From positions 1,860,001 to 1,924,000 of the forward strand of contig PS015009.1 in NCBI GenBank assembly GCA_048213135.1: DNA of 64,000 bases, written 5' to 3'. Position 1 is the stretch's first letter. The number at the start of each line of letters is the position of its first letter. The translations under genes and the position numbers were made by a program. This stretch comes from Reclinomonas americana ATCC 50394 (lineage: Eukaryota). This document shows positions 1 to 12,264 of this stretch, one piece after another. Under the pieces are notes generated by a model that saw only the letters and a list, made by a program, of their open reading frames with translations, did no database searches and was not told the origin of the DNA.

Positions 1-181
1 ATCCTGCTTTTATGCCGCGTAGCCTGGCATTTGCAGGCACCCAGTTTGCCTGTCACATGAAAAACATGGACGATCATCTTTCACAAAAGCGGGAACGCTT
101 TCAATCTGCTTACCTGGTGCATGGACTATTCCTTTTTATTGTCCTTGCCGGAATAGCTTTTCGCGTAATCAATCATTATTT

Positions 182-265
182 ATGCTGACACTTATCCTTA
201 TTGTGGCCGGCATCGCCGGGTTTGTACTTTTTTTAAAATCCATCGACTGGTTCGATAAAATTTAA
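182..265 (+). CDS. 27-aa hydrophobic membrane peptide upstream of kdpF (MLTLILIVAGIAGFVLFLKSIDWFDKI)
   Basis: Manual translation, ATG182-TAA265; one TM-like segment; ends 3 nt before the kdpF start; below the ORF-track cutoff. Confidence 0.6.
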   Translation: MLTLILIVAGIAGFVLFLKSIDWFDKI

Positions 266-268
266 GTT

Positions 269-346
269 ATGACCATCATTTTCATCATTGCCATCCTGGT
301 GTTTCTCTACATCTGCTATGTGCTTGTCAAACCAGAAAAGTTTTAA
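269..346 (+). CDS. kdpF: K+-transporting ATPase subunit F (MTIIFIIAILVFLYICYVLVKPEKF)
   Basis: Manual translation; hydrophobic peptide ending in the KdpF-typical YVLVKPEKF; directly before kdpA. Confidence 0.9.
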   Translation: MTIIFIIAILVFLYICYVLVKPEKF

Positions 347-348
347 TT

Positions 349-2049
349 ATGAATACAGAACTCATTGGTATCATTGTCATATTTGCTGTCGCAATCCTCC
401 TGGCCATTCCGCTGGGAACCTATATCGGCAAAGTGTATAACGGTGAAAGAACATGGGCCGATCCTGTCTTTAACCCGATCGACAAATTCTTTTATAAGGC
501 GGGCGGTATCAATCCTGCAAAAGGAATGACATGGCAACAGAGCCTTGCATCACTTCTTGCCATTAACCTGGTCTGGTTTCTTCTTTCCATGTTCATACTG
601 ATGAATATGAGCTGGTTGCCGCTGAACCCTGATGGCAACCCGTCTATGCCTGCTGACCTCGCTTTTAACACCACGGTAAGTTTCGTTACCAACACCAACC
701 TGCAACACTATTCAGGCGAAAGCGGCTTATCCTACCTGGGTCAAATGTCTCTTATGCTTTGGCAGTTTATCAGTGCCGGTACCGGCATGGCAATCTGTGC
801 TGTTGCTATTAAAGCGCTGAAAGAAAAGAATACGGACAAACCCGGTAACTTTTTTGTGTACTGGGTAAGATCCTGTACAAGGGTATTACTTCCTGTCTGT
901 TTAATAATCGCGGTATTACTGTTATGTAATGGTACACCAATGACTTTTGCCGGGAAAGATCAGTTGATTTCACTCCAGGGTGATACCATGCAGGTTTCCC
1001 GCGGCCCTGCGGCTGCAATGATCGCCATCAAGCAATTGGGTACTAACGGCGGCGGATTCTTCGGGGTTAACAGTGCTCACCCCTTTGAGAACCCTAATTA
1101 TTTTACCAATATGATAGAGAACATCGCTATCATACTTATCCCGATTGCCATGGTATTCGCACTGGGGCGCATGCTTCAGAAAAGGAAACTGGCCTGGATG
1201 ATATTTGGAGTAATGACAGCAGGGTTCCTGTTACTGCTGATCCCTTCAGTATATCTTGAAATGAAAGGCAACACTGCTATAAGCAGTATGGGAATCACAC
1301 AGCAACTGGGCAGTATGGAAGGAAAAGAAGTCCGGTTTGGACCGGCCGCTTCCGCGTTCTGGGGAATCACAACAACCGTAACCTCAAACGGATCGGTAAA
1401 TGCCATGCATGATAGTTTTACGCCTCTTACAGGAATGACTGCCATGCTGGGTATGATGATCAATTCCTTTTATGGAGGCGTAGGAGTGGGTTTGCTGAAC
1501 TTCTTTGTATTTATGGTAATTGCCGTGTTTATCAGCGGACTGATGGTAGGCCGTACACCTGAATTACTCGGAAAAAAGATAGAGGCGAAGGAAATGAAGA
1601 TAGCAGCCATTATCGCTCTTCTGCATCCTTTACTCATACTCGCCGGAACTGCCATTGCTTCACATATATATGCAGGTAACCCGGGTGCATATGCCAGCTG
1701 GCTCAACAATCCCGGCCAGCATGGGTTCAGCGAAATGCTATACGAGTTCACCTCCTCATCGGCCAATAATGGAAGTGGTTTTGAGGGGTTAGGTGATAAT
1801 ACACCCTTCTGGAATATTGCCTGCGGTATTGTGATGTTACTGGCCCGTTACCTGCCAATCATAGGGCCGGTGGCCATTGCAGGTATCATGGCGAAGAAAA
1901 AGTATGTTCCTGAAAGTGCCGGAACACTCAAAACAGATAATGCCACATTTGGTATCATGGTATTTGCGGTGATCTTCATTATTGCTGCATTGTCATTCTT
2001 CCCGGCGCTGGCATTGGGGCCAATAGCAGAGTATTTCGGGATGAAATAA
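349..2049 (+). CDS. kdpA: K+-transporting ATPase subunit A
   Basis: [41 protein letters not shown] and NNGSGF motifs. Confidence 0.98.
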   Translation: MNTELIGIIVIFAVAILLAIPLGTYIGKVYNGERTWADPVFNPIDKFFYKAGGINPAKGMTWQQSLASLLAINLVWFLLSMFILMNMSWLPLNPDGNPSMPADLAFNTTVSFVTNTNLQHYSGESGLSYLGQMSLMLWQFISAGTGMAICAVAIKALKEKNTDKPGNFFVYWVRSCTRVLLPVCLIIAVLLLCNGTPMTFAGKDQLISLQGDTMQVSRGPAAAMIAIKQLGTNGGGFFGVNSAHPFENPNYFTNMIENIAIILIPIAMVFALGRMLQKRKLAWMIFGVMTAGFLLLLIPSVYLEMKGNTAISSMGITQQLGSMEGKEVRFGPAASAFWGITTTVTSNGSVNAMHDSFTPLTGMTAMLGMMINSFYGGVGVGLLNFFVFMVIAVFISGLMVGRTPELLGKKIEAKEMKIAAIIALLHPLLILAGTAIASHIYAGNPGAYASWLNNPGQHGFSEMLYEFTSSSANNGSGFEGLGDNTPFWNIACGIVMLLARYLPIIGPVAIAGIMAKKKYVPESAGTLKTDNATFGIMVFAVIFIIAALSFFPALALGPIAEYFGMK

Positions 2050-2102
2050 AATATCATAAAGTGTATGAAAATATAGTTTCAGAAAAGATCAAAAGAAAGA
2101 AA

Positions 2103-4154
2103 ATGTCAAAGCACATTAATAATAAACTATTTGAAGCAAAGCTGGTTACAACAGCATTGAAACAATCGTTTTTCAAGCTTAATCCCGCAACATTATTTCG
2201 CAACCCGGTTATGTTTACCGTAGAGATATGTACAGCGATCATGCTGGGCGTATGCATCTGGGTGGCTGCAGGCGAGCAATCGCAGGGTAGTTTGCTGTAC
2301 AACAGCATTATTTTCGGCGTGCTCCTGCTTACCCTGCTCTTTGCCAATTTTGCGGAAGCTATCGCGGAAGCAAGAGGCAAGGCGCAAGCAGACAGCCTCC
2401 GGAAAACAAGGGAAGATACACCCGCGAAAAAAGTTTTTATCATCGGAGATATGTATGTCAATGAAGTGAAGATCGTCCCTTCTTCACAACTGGTGAAGGA
2501 TGATATTTTTATTTGTGAAGCAGGCGATACTGTACCTATGGATGGAGAGATCATCTCTGGCATTGCTACAATAGATGAAAGTGCGATTACCGGTGAAAGT
2601 GCCCCGGTGATCAGGGAGAGCGGTGGCGATAAGTCTTCTGTTACCGGGGGTACCACAGTATTGTCCGATAAAATTACAGTCCGTGTAACTACTGATCCGG
2701 GAGAAAGCTTCCTGGACAAAATGATTGCCCTTGTAGAAGGAGCATCCCGCCAGAAAACACCCAATGAGATTGCGCTTACCATTCTCCTCGCAGGTTTTAC
2801 GCTGGTGTTCATCATTGTGTGCATTACCCTGCAACCTTTCGGGGATTATGCGAAAACGCCTATAAGCATTGCTGCTTTTATCGCATTATTTGTATGCCTG
2901 ATACCTACCACTATCGGAGGTCTGCTGAACGCGATTGGTATTGCCGGGATGGACAGGGCATTGAGGGCCAACGTGATCACCAAAAGCGGTAAGGCGGTGG
3001 AAACTGCCGGAGACCTGGATACTTTACTGCTGGATAAAACAGGTACAATTACCATCGGAAACAGGAAAGCAACCCACTTTTATCCTGCTGATGGCATTGA
3101 ACAGGACAGGTTTATTCGTGCCTGTGTTCTGGCGTCGCTTGCAGATGAAACGCCCGAAGGAAAATCGATCGTGGAACTGGCAGTATCCGGTGGAAACACG
3201 CTGCCTGCCCCGGGAGATAAAGTACAATATGTCCGCTTTACTGCTGAAACAAGAAGCAGCGGTATCAATATGCCGGATGGGGCGAAGATCAGAAAAGGCG
3301 CTTTTGATGCGATCCGTGACATGGTGATAAAGGCAGGTAACAATTTCCCCGGGGAGATCAGCGGGAAAGTAAATGAAATATCATCGAATGGTGGTACACC
3401 ACTGGTGGTTTGTGAAAATGCAAAAGTGCTTGGCGTGATCGAATTACAGGATATCATTAAACCCGGAATACAGGAACGCTTTGACCGGCTTCGTAAAATG
3501 GGAGTGAAAACAGTGATGGTAACCGGCGATAACCCCCTAACGGCAAAATTTATTGCAGAGAAAGCGGGCGTCGATGATTTTATTGCGGAAGCCCGCCCAG
3601 AGGATAAAATGAATTACATCCGCAATGAACAACAGGGCGGGAAGCTGGTCGCCATGATGGGCGATGGTACCAATGATGCGCCTGCACTGGCACAGGCCGA
3701 CGTAGGTGTGGCGATGAACAGCGGTACGACAGCAGCGAAGGAGGCCGGTAATATGGTTGACCTCGACAATGACCCCACCAAACTGATCGAAATTGTAGAG
3801 ATCGGGAAACAATTGCTGATGACAAGAGGCACGCTTACCACGTTCTCAATCGCCAATGACGTAGCCAAATATTTTGCCATCGTACCAGCTCTTTTTATTG
3901 CTTCCTTACCCGCCTTGCAAGGCATGAACCTTATGCGCCTGCACAGCCCGGAGAGCGCTATTCTTTCTGCAGTTATTTTTAATGCCATCATCATACCGTT
4001 GCTGATACCACTGGCTCTGAAAGGCGTGAGTTACAAACCCATCGGCGCAAGTGCTTTACTGCGACGTAATCTTTTCGTATATGGACTTGGCGGCATTGTC
4101 GTGCCTTTTATCGGCATCAAGTTGATCGATCTTATCGTATCCAACTGGTTCTGA
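2103..4154 (+). CDS. kdpB: K+-transporting ATPase subunit B (P-type ATPase)
   Basis: DKTGT phosphorylation motif, [22 protein letters not shown]2103 preferred over GTG2061. Confidence 0.98.
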   Translation: MSKHINNKLFEAKLVTTALKQSFFKLNPATLFRNPVMFTVEICTAIMLGVCIWVAAGEQSQGSLLYNSIIFGVLLLTLLFANFAEAIAEARGKAQADSLRKTREDTPAKKVFIIGDMYVNEVKIVPSSQLVKDDIFICEAGDTVPMDGEIISGIATIDESAITGESAPVIRESGGDKSSVTGGTTVLSDKITVRVTTDPGESFLDKMIALVEGASRQKTPNEIALTILLAGFTLVFIIVCITLQPFGDYAKTPISIAAFIALFVCLIPTTIGGLLNAIGIAGMDRALRANVITKSGKAVETAGDLDTLLLDKTGTITIGNRKATHFYPADGIEQDRFIRACVLASLADETPEGKSIVELAVSGGNTLPAPGDKVQYVRFTAETRSSGINMPDGAKIRKGAFDAIRDMVIKAGNNFPGEISGKVNEISSNGGTPLVVCENAKVLGVIELQDIIKPGIQERFDRLRKMGVKTVMVTGDNPLTAKFIAEKAGVDDFIAEARPEDKMNYIRNEQQGGKLVAMMGDGTNDAPALAQADVGVAMNSGTTAAKEAGNMVDLDNDPTKLIEIVEIGKQLLMTRGTLTTFSIANDVAKYFAIVPALFIASLPALQGMNLMRLHSPESAILSAVIFNAIIIPLLIPLALKGVSYKPIGASALLRRNLFVYGLGGIVVPFIGIKLIDLIVSNWF

Positions 4155-4188
4155 TACACTCTTTGATTTATGAACATAAAAAATAAAA

Positions 4189-4752
4189 ATGAAACAATAT
4201 ATAATACCCGCCCTGCGACTGACATTAACCTCCATTCTGGTGTTTGCGGTGGCGTATACACTGGTAGTATTGGGAATAGCGCAGGTTGCACCCAATCATG
4301 GCGGCGGCGAACTGGTAAAGGTCAACGGTAAAACGGTTGGCTATAAAATACAGGGCCAGCTTTTTACACGGGACGATTATTTCAATGGGCGCCCCAGTGC
4401 AGTGAATTATAATGCTGCAGGTAGCGGAGGAAGTAACAAAGGCCCTTCCAATCCTGATTACCTGCAGCAGGTAAAAGACAGGATCGACAGTTTCCTGGTC
4501 CATAATCCCGGGATAAAAAAGCAGGATATACCCGCCGAACTGGTTACAGCTTCGGCCAGTGGCCTCGACCCTGACATTTCTCCCGAAGCGGCATATGTGC
4601 AAACTGCAAGAATCGCCAGGATAAGAAAAATACCCGAAGGCAGGCTGAGAGCATTAATAAACCGCCAGGTACAAAAGCCATTGCTGGGGGTATTGGGTAC
4701 AAAAAAAGTCAATGTATTACGGCTAAATATAGAACTGGATAAATTAAACTAA
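4189..4752 (+). CDS. kdpC: K+-transporting ATPase subunit C
   Basis: N-terminal TM; YFNGRPSA, SGGSNKGPSN, VTASASGLDPDIS and VNVLRLN motifs. Confidence 0.97.
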   Translation: MKQYIIPALRLTLTSILVFAVAYTLVVLGIAQVAPNHGGGELVKVNGKTVGYKIQGQLFTRDDYFNGRPSAVNYNAAGSGGSNKGPSNPDYLQQVKDRIDSFLVHNPGIKKQDIPAELVTASASGLDPDISPEAAYVQTARIARIRKIPEGRLRALINRQVQKPLLGVLGTKKVNVLRLNIELDKLN

Positions 4753-4758
4753 CAAAAT

Positions 4759-6117
4759 ATGAAAAGTGTTTTATTATGTATTGCGATTGGATTGAGTTCA
4801 GTTGCAGTATCCGCACAAGACAGTGCAAAAGTTGTGAAAATACCCTTCGACGGAATAGAAACCAATTGGCAGAACGGTAGCGACCGAAGGGAGTCGCCGT
4901 TGCTGCAGACGAAGTATTTCACCGGTAATATTATGCTGGACGTCAATTACACCCACTCCTTTAATAATCCTAATGACAATACGGTTGTTGGGTCAACTGC
5001 TCTTGCCCGTAATAATGAAGTGCAATTGGCACACCTTGTTTTTGGTGGCGACTTCAATTATAAGAACGCTCACGCAAGAGTAATGACACAGTTCGGTACA
5101 CGTTCAATAGTTATACCACGTAATGACCTTAGCCCATACCGGGGACAATATAAACTGGCGGATGTATATCGCTATCTCTGTGAGGCATACGCCGGTTATC
5201 ATTTCGACAAATGGTATGGCATTAATGTAGATGCCGGCCTTTTTCTATCGTACATTGGACTCAATTCTTATTACCAGGTAGAGAACTGGGAATACCAGGC
5301 GTCGTTTACGTCCGACAATACACCCTGGTTTTTTAATGGGGTGAGAATACAGATATTTCCTTCAAAGCACCTGAAAATTGAACCCTGGCTCATCAATGGC
5401 TGGCAAAGCTATGGCAAGTTCAACAAGATGCCCGGAATAGGCGCAAATATTACCTGGATGCCCAACAGCAATCTCAAACTGCTGACCAATGACTACTATG
5501 GGGCTGATGCAGCGGGTATCCCGGGACGTAAACGATTCCATTCAGACAACAGCTTCCTGTTCAGGTATTACAACAATAAAAAATCAACAGGGATCAGCCA
5601 GTCGGCACTATCTCTCACCGCAGATGTAGGTTTTGAGAAAGGTGGAGGAGTTAACGGATTTAAAAACAATGACCCTTCCAAACCCGCCCAGTATTTCCTG
5701 AGCGCAATGCTATATAACAGGATATGGTTCAACAAAAATAAGTTTGCCTGGACAATTGGCGGGGGCTATATTAAAAACCCGGGTCGTTACCTGGTATTGT
5801 ATCCTACAGGACAGGCAAGCCCGTTACCGAACCCCAATAATCCTACACAGACTGAAGGTGCTTATCCTTTCAGCGCCAATCCCGGTGATCCGTTTGAAGG
5901 ATGGGACGCATCAACTAATTTTGACTGGATGCCCAACCAGAGCATTACTTTCAGGGCTGAATATGTACACCGGCATGCTAATGTGCCTTATTTTGCCGGG
6001 CCAGACGGTGTAACTTCACCAAATGGTTACAGCACAACGCCGCTCCCGCCGGATTGGAGGCCCGATCTAAGAAAGACGGAAGACAGGATCATTTTTGCTG
6101 TCCTGTTCAGGTTATAA
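4759..6117 (+). CDS. Outer-membrane beta-barrel porin (putative beta-barrel porin-2/OmpL-like) in the kdp operon
   Basis: Signal peptide, aromatic-rich beta strands, C-terminal FRL; position between kdpC and kup. Confidence 0.75.
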   Translation: MKSVLLCIAIGLSSVAVSAQDSAKVVKIPFDGIETNWQNGSDRRESPLLQTKYFTGNIMLDVNYTHSFNNPNDNTVVGSTALARNNEVQLAHLVFGGDFNYKNAHARVMTQFGTRSIVIPRNDLSPYRGQYKLADVYRYLCEAYAGYHFDKWYGINVDAGLFLSYIGLNSYYQVENWEYQASFTSDNTPWFFNGVRIQIFPSKHLKIEPWLINGWQSYGKFNKMPGIGANITWMPNSNLKLLTNDYYGADAAGIPGRKRFHSDNSFLFRYYNNKKSTGISQSALSLTADVGFEKGGGVNGFKNNDPSKPAQYFLSAMLYNRIWFNKNKFAWTIGGGYIKNPGRYLVLYPTGQASPLPNPNNPTQTEGAYPFSANPGDPFEGWDASTNFDWMPNQSITFRAEYVHRHANVPYFAGPDGVTSPNGYSTTPLPPDWRPDLRKTEDRIIFAVLFRL

Positions 6118-6192
6118 GAATTCGATAATGATGGGTTATGAATGCAACATCGGCAGGCATTCATAACTCATGATTTTTAAATCAGGATTGCT

Positions 6193-8149
6193 ATGACAAA
6201 TCATCACACTCTTGATATCAGGAAATTATCCACTGCAGGCTTCCTGATTGCGACAGGCATCGTGTTTGGCGATATTGGAACATCGCCACTTTACACATTT
6301 AAAGCAATTATACAGGATGCCCCGGTAAACAGAGCATTAGTGATGGGCAGCGTAAGCGCTGTCTTCTGGACACTTTTTTTCCAAACCACACTTAAATATG
6401 TGATCATTACCCTAAAGGCAGATAACAACGGTGAAGGAGGCATATTCTCCCTGTATACCCTCATTCGCCGTTACAGGAAATGGCTTATCGTTCCGGCATT
6501 GCTGGGAGGCTCGTTTCTTATGGCAGACAGCATTATAACACCTCCTATTTCAGTTACTTCTGCTATTGAGGGATTAAAGATGCAGTATCCGTCCATTCCC
6601 GTGATACCGATTGTACTTGTGATTCTTTCCATACTTTTTTTATTACAGGCAATGGGCAGCAGCAGGATCGGCAAAATATTTGGTCCTGCCATGATGATCT
6701 GGTTTACCATGATAGGGATTATGGGACTGTATGCATTGAGCAAAGATCTTTCAGTGCTGAAAGCAGTCAACCCGGTTTACGCTTTTCGTTTTGTTACAGA
6801 ATATCCCGGAGGTTTCTGGTTGCTGGGAGCCGTATTCTTATGCACAACCGGCGCAGAAGCCTTGTATAGTGACCTTGGACATTGTGGCCGTAAGAATATA
6901 GAAGCAAGCTGGACCTTTATCAAAATATGCCTGGTACTTTGTTATTTCGGGCAGGCCGCCTGGCTGGTGAATCATGAAGGGATGGTGATGGGCGATGTCA
7001 ATTCTTTTTTTGCCATGATGCCGGGCTGGATGTTCTGGCCTGCCGTATGCATAGCCACCGTGGCCGCGATAATCGCATCCCAGGCACTTATCAGCGGTAC
7101 CTTCACACTGATCAATGAAGCAATTCGATTAAACCTCTTCCCGAGACTTAATGTCATTTATCCCAGCGAGGTAAGGGGGCAACTATATATTCCCGCGGTG
7201 AACTGGGCCCTGTTTGCCGGGTGTATCGGCGCTGTGCTTTTTTTTTCGGGAGTCTAAAAATATGGAAGCTGCATTCGGATTGTCAGTTACACTTACCATG
7301 CTGATGACAACTGTGTTGCTTATTTTTTATATGTATTCCAAAAGAAGGAACCTCTTTTTCATAGTATCACTTACACTGCTTTTTCTTACAATTGAAACCA
7401 CCTTCCTGGTGGCAAACCTTCAAAAATTTAAAGAAGGAGGATTTATTACCCTGCTGCTTGGCCTTTTCTTATTCTGGGTGATGTTTACCTGGCAATACGC
7501 CGGAAAGATCAAAAACGGGCTGATCCGGTTTGTTGGCCTTAAACCGCACATACCCATGCTGGAAGCCTTGAGTAATGATAAAGAAATACCAAAATATGCC
7601 ACGCACCTGGTATACTTAACCAACAGTACGCGCCAGGAAAAAATAGAAGAAAGGATTATTGAATCGATTTATTATAAGTTTCCCAAACGGGCCGACCTGT
7701 ACTGGTTTGTGCATATACATGTAACCGACGAACCGTTTACAACCGAGTACAAGGCAGAAGTTATACAAAAAGATGAAGTGATGCGGGTGACATTCAACCT
7801 TGGCTTTCGTATTGTACCCCGTATTAATGTATTGTTTAAGAAAGTGCTGTCAGACTTATATGAACAAAAAGAATTCAATGTCTCTGATAGTCACAAATCT
7901 TTTTACCGGCATTTTCCCGCAGGCGAATACAGGTTCATTGTTTTTGAAAGCTACCTGAGCCAGGAAAACGAACTGCCGCTGTGGAAACGTGTTCCTATGA
8001 AACTCTATTTTATGCTGAAGTCGATAGAACTGGATTCAAAGCGATCGTTCGGGCTTGAGGAAAGCACGGTTACGGAAGAAAAACTTCCGCTGGTGATAGA
8101 ATCTCCGCAAAATATATACCTGAAAAGAATAACTGATTCATATGCCTGA
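6193..8149 (+). pseudogene. kup: KUP/HAK/KT potassium transporter, split by a +1 frameshift in a T9 run (7238-7246); probably a sequencing error in an intact gene
   Basis: GIVFGDIGTSPLY, ADNNGEGG and TGAEALYSDLGH in ORF 6193-7257; continues as FRESKNMEAAFG in ORF 7214-8149; removing one T joins them. Confidence 0.9.
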
Positions 8150-9266
8150 TCAGGATAATAATGCTGAGCAATTCCTTGACCTTATCCGCAAAAGCAGGAA
8201 AGGGAAGTTCAAGATATACATTGGCATGAGCGCCGGCGTCGGTAAAACTTACCGTATGCTGCAGGAGGCTCATAGTTTATTGCGCAATGGCGTGGATGTA
8301 AAGATTGGGTACATTGAAACGCATCAACGCAAAGAAACGGAGAGCCTGGTGGAAGGTCTGCCCCTGGTACCGCGTCGCCGCTTATTTTATAAAGGAAAGG
8401 AACTGGATGAGCTCGATCTGCAGGCCATTCTTAACCTGAGGCCGGAAGTGGTGGTGATTGATGAACTGGCCCACACCAATATTGAAGGCAGCAAAAATGA
8501 AAAGCGCTGGCAGGATGTGATGGATATCCTTGATGCAGGGATCAACGTAATCAGCGCTGTTAATATCCAGCATATCGAAAGCCTGTATGCCGATGTAAAA
8601 GCCATAACAGGCATTGATATGTCCGAAAGGATACCGGACAGCGTTTTACAGAAAGCGGATGAAGTGGTGAATATTGATCTTACCGCCGATGAACTGATCA
8701 CACGGCTTAAGGAAGGGAAAATATATGCCGCCGATAAGATCGCCATTTCACTGAAGAATTTCTTTCAGAGCGAACGTATCCTGCAACTGAGAGAACTGGC
8801 ACTGAAGGAAGTGGCCAGCCAGGTGGAAAGAAAAATCGAGACAGAGTTGCCCAGGAATACGCACCTGAAAAAAGAAAGGTTTATGGCATGCATCAGCAGT
8901 AACCATGAGATCGCCCGAAAAGTGATCAGGAAAACCTCAAGGCTCGCTGCTTATTATGGCAGCAAATGGTACGTACTGTATATACAAACTCCAAAGGAGG
9001 AGATGGATAAAATAGGCCTTGCTGCACAACGTCACCTGATCAATAATTTCAAGCTGGCTGCGGAGCTGGGAGGTGAAGTGATCAAAATAAAAACGGCTAA
9101 TATCGCCAAGGGTATTGCTGATGCCACTTTACAGTATGAGGTCACCACGCTCTGTATAGGCAAGCCGCACCTGAATCTGTTTAATATTATTTTAAATACA
9201 GCCGTATTCAACCAGTTGCTGAAGAAATTGTCGGCTGCTGAAGTTGATATTGTAATTTTATCATAA
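8142..9266 (+). CDS. kdpD: KdpD N-terminal sensor + USP domain protein (split KdpD)
   Basis: GKFKIYIGMSAGVGKTYRML, DELAHTN, KRWQDV, NIQHIESL; no TM or kinase domain. Confidence 0.92.
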   Translation: MPDQDNNAEQFLDLIRKSRKGKFKIYIGMSAGVGKTYRMLQEAHSLLRNGVDVKIGYIETHQRKETESLVEGLPLVPRRRLFYKGKELDELDLQAILNLRPEVVVIDELAHTNIEGSKNEKRWQDVMDILDAGINVISAVNIQHIESLYADVKAITGIDMSERIPDSVLQKADEVVNIDLTADELITRLKEGKIYAADKIAISLKNFFQSERILQLRELALKEVASQVERKIETELPRNTHLKKERFMACISSNHEIARKVIRKTSRLAAYYGSKWYVLYIQTPKEEMDKIGLAAQRHLINNFKLAAELGGEVIKIKTANIAKGIADATLQYEVTTLCIGKPHLNLFNIILNTAVFNQLLKKLSAAEVDIVILS

Positions 9267-9267
9267 G

Positions 9268-10962
9268 ATGGCAATGCGTTTGAAAACAAAACTGGGGCTT
9301 GGACTGTCGTTCCTGCTGGTGGTTATACTCACTTACGGGATACTTGCCATTATTTATTTCAACCGGCTTAATACAGACTCACAATCTGTTTTAAAGAATA
9401 ACCTGGAATCCCTGCTGTATTGCAATGATATGCTGAAGGCCCTTGATGATCTTCCGGGAGATAAAGCAGCATTGGCATCCTTTGACAGCAGTCTTAAAAA
9501 GCAGGAAAGAAATATTACTGAACCGGGTGAAAAGGAAGCGACAGCCGCTATTCGTACTAATCTGCAACAACTGCTTAGTGGTATGCACGACTCTTTGTCC
9601 AGGACAGGAATCCGCCAGTCTGTACAAATTATCAATGACCTGAACCAGCAGGCCATTATCAGGAAGAGCCAGGCAGCCAGGCAAACGGCCGGGGATGCTA
9701 TTTTCTGGCTTACGCTGATCTTTGTCGTATTGGGGCTGATCACTTTCACTTTTGTCGTCAATTTTCCTTCTGTTATCTCTACTCCCATAAGTGCGCTTAA
9801 TGAGGGTATCCGGCAGATAGCCGGAAAAAACTACCATAAGCGGATATACCTCAAACAGCAGGATGAATTTGGAGACCTTGCACAGGCTTTTAATGTAATG
9901 GCTGAAAAACTTGATGAGTATGAAAACAGTAACCTGGCGCAACTCCGGTTTGAAAAAAGCCGCATTGAAACTATTATTAACCAGATGAAAGACGGTATTA
10001 TCGGGCTGGATGCCAAACGGAATATTCTTTTTCTGAATGTTGTTGCGCAAAACCTTCTGGGATTAAAAGAGCCGGAACTAATCGGAAAATACTCTGCCGA
10101 TGTAGCATTACGAAATGATCTTATGCGAACGCTTTTAAAAGAGGAAACCGGTAAGGAACTGAAAATATATGCTGATAATAAAGAGAGCTATTTCAATAAA
10201 GACATACTGGATGTTTCACATAACGGGGAGATCATTGGCCAGGTAATTGTGCTGAAAAACATAACACCCTTTCACGAGCTTAATGAAGCCAAAACCAATT
10301 TTATAGCCACGGTATCACACGAACTGAAAACGCCTATCTCTTCTATTAAAATGAGTGCGCAATTGCTGTTTGACCAACGGGTAGGTAACATGAATAGTGA
10401 ACAGAAAGAACTCACACAAAGTATTGTTGATGATGCGGAAAGGCTATTGAAAATAACAAGCGAACTTCTGAACATCGCACAGGTGGAAACGGGAAATATC
10501 CAGTTAAAAATGCACCCAACCCCGGTAAAGGATATTGTTGATCAGGCGGTGCAAACCGTTCAGCTGAAAGCGGCACAAAAAAGAATTAATATCAAATTAG
10601 ACATGCCTGATGCCGGCCTGCTCGTAAATGCCGATGAAGAAAAAACATCATGGGTACTTATTAATATTCTTACCAACGCTATCAAATACTCTCCTGAAGG
10701 TTCCATTGTGGAAGTTGCCGTTGTCCGAAAAGATAATGTAGCTGAGTTTTCGGTGAAGGATTATGGAAGAGGCATTGAAGGACGTTATCTCCCGCATATA
10801 TTTGACCGTTACTTTAAAGTTCCAGGCACACACGATGTTGCGGGCACAGGCTTGGGACTTTCCATATCAAGGGAGTTCATAGAAACCCAGGGAGGACATA
10901 TTATGGTTGCCAGCGAAATAGGCATGGGCAGCAGGTTTACTTTCTTTTTGCATTTAGTCTGA
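9268..10962 (+). CDS. Membrane sensor histidine kinase (HAMP-PAS-HisKA-HATPase), partner of split KdpD
   Basis: Two TMs, DEFGDLAQAFN HAMP, SHELKTP H-box, NAIKYS, DYGRGI, GTGLGL. Confidence 0.93.
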   Translation: MAMRLKTKLGLGLSFLLVVILTYGILAIIYFNRLNTDSQSVLKNNLESLLYCNDMLKALDDLPGDKAALASFDSSLKKQERNITEPGEKEATAAIRTNLQQLLSGMHDSLSRTGIRQSVQIINDLNQQAIIRKSQAARQTAGDAIFWLTLIFVVLGLITFTFVVNFPSVISTPISALNEGIRQIAGKNYHKRIYLKQQDEFGDLAQAFNVMAEKLDEYENSNLAQLRFEKSRIETIINQMKDGIIGLDAKRNILFLNVVAQNLLGLKEPELIGKYSADVALRNDLMRTLLKEETGKELKIYADNKESYFNKDILDVSHNGEIIGQVIVLKNITPFHELNEAKTNFIATVSHELKTPISSIKMSAQLLFDQRVGNMNSEQKELTQSIVDDAERLLKITSELLNIAQVETGNIQLKMHPTPVKDIVDQAVQTVQLKAAQKRINIKLDMPDAGLLVNADEEKTSWVLINILTNAIKYSPEGSIVEVAVVRKDNVAEFSVKDYGRGIEGRYLPHIFDRYFKVPGTHDVAGTGLGLSISREFIETQGGHIMVASEIGMGSRFTFFLHLV

Positions 10963-11062
10963 CAATCCCCGCACACCCACAATTTTTTTATATACCCCGT
11001 CGTTACTAACTTGCCGCGGAATTGATTCATAATTCGCCATTCATCATTCATAATTACGACCA

Positions 11063-12193
11063 ATGCTTTTATTAAGTGGCCCAAACATGGGCGGTAACGA
11101 ACTGAAATATGTAACCGAATGTATAGAGACAGGCTGGGTGAGCAGTGTAGGCAGTTACGTAGATAAGTTCGAAAAAATGAGCGCCGAATTCGCCGGCACT
11201 AAATATGCCGTAGCTACCAGCAGCGGTACCACGGCGCTGCACATCTGCCTGGTAATGGCCGGTGTTGGACCCGATGATATGGTCATTGCCCCTAACATCA
11301 CATTCATCGCTACACTTAACTCAATTAAATATACCGGGGCGTCGCCCGTACTCATCGACACCGATGAAAACAACTGGCAGATGGACCTTAACCTGCTGGA
11401 GGAATTCCTTTCCACGCAAACCGAACAACGCGATGGCGTATGTTATCACAAACCAACAGGTAAAAGAATACCCGTACTGATGCCCGTGCATGTGTTGGGC
11501 AATATCTGCGATATGGACAGGCTTGTGTCCCTGGCCAAACAGCATAACCTTATGGTGATTGAAGACAGCACCGAATCGCTGGGCAGTTATTATAAAGGAA
11601 AGCACACCGGTGGTTTTGGGCTGATGGGTACTTTCAGTTACAACGGCAACAAGATCATCACCACGGGTGGTGGCGGTATGATCGTTACCGATGATGAAGC
11701 TCTGGCTAAAAAAGCCAAACACCTCACCACGCAGGCTAAGAGCGATCCTTTTGAATATATCCACGACGAGATCGGGTACAACTACCGCCTCGTGAACGTA
11801 GCCGCGGCTATGGGCGTGGCGCAGATGGAACAGTTGCCAGGTTTCATACAAAGAAAAAAAGAGATCATCGCGTTTTACAAGCGGGAACTCAGCGGTGTGG
11901 GTGATATCCGTTTCCAGGAAGTGAGTGCCGACGTGAACCCTAACTGGTGGCTGCCCACCATTATGACCTCGCGCCAGAAAGAAGTGCTGAAGCTGCTTAA
12001 TGATAATAAAATGCAGAGCCGCCCCTTCTGGGTACCCATGAACCAGCTGCGTATGTTTGCCGGCGACCTCTATTTCCAGCACAACGACCGTTCTGATTTT
12101 GTATACCAGCATTGCCTCAGTATCCCGTGCAGTACCAACATTACCGATGAGGAACTGGAAGCTGTAGCTAAAAAGATCAAAGAAGCATTCTAG
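11063..12193 (+). CDS. LegC/DegT-family PLP-dependent nucleotide-sugar aminotransferase
   Basis: GWVSSVG, SSGTTALH, FSYNGNKIITTGGGG, GYNYRL motifs. Confidence 0.92.
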   Translation: MLLLSGPNMGGNELKYVTECIETGWVSSVGSYVDKFEKMSAEFAGTKYAVATSSGTTALHICLVMAGVGPDDMVIAPNITFIATLNSIKYTGASPVLIDTDENNWQMDLNLLEEFLSTQTEQRDGVCYHKPTGKRIPVLMPVHVLGNICDMDRLVSLAKQHNLMVIEDSTESLGSYYKGKHTGGFGLMGTFSYNGNKIITTGGGGMIVTDDEALAKKAKHLTTQAKSDPFEYIHDEIGYNYRLVNVAAAMGVAQMEQLPGFIQRKKEIIAFYKRELSGVGDIRFQEVSADVNPNWWLPTIMTSRQKEVLKLLNDNKMQSRPFWVPMNQLRMFAGDLYFQHNDRSDFVYQHCLSIPCSTNITDEELEAVAKKIKEAF

Positions 12194-12251
12194 ATACCGG
12201 ATGCCAGATACCGGTAGCAGTCATTCCTTCCGGCATCCGGTATCTGGCATC
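12192..12251. repeat. Intergenic inverted array of RGATRCC heptamers (REP-like hairpin)
   Basis: agatacc-ggatgcc-agatacc-gg followed by cc-ggcatcc-ggtatct-ggcatc (reverse complement). Confidence 0.6.
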
Positions 12252-12264
12252 AAATACCGAGCTT

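Noticed and set aside
7238-7246. Programmed frameshifting or phase variation in kup, pgl and the radical SAM gene
   Set aside because: The same +1 error in three unrelated genes is better explained by homopolymer miscalling; not excluded without reads.
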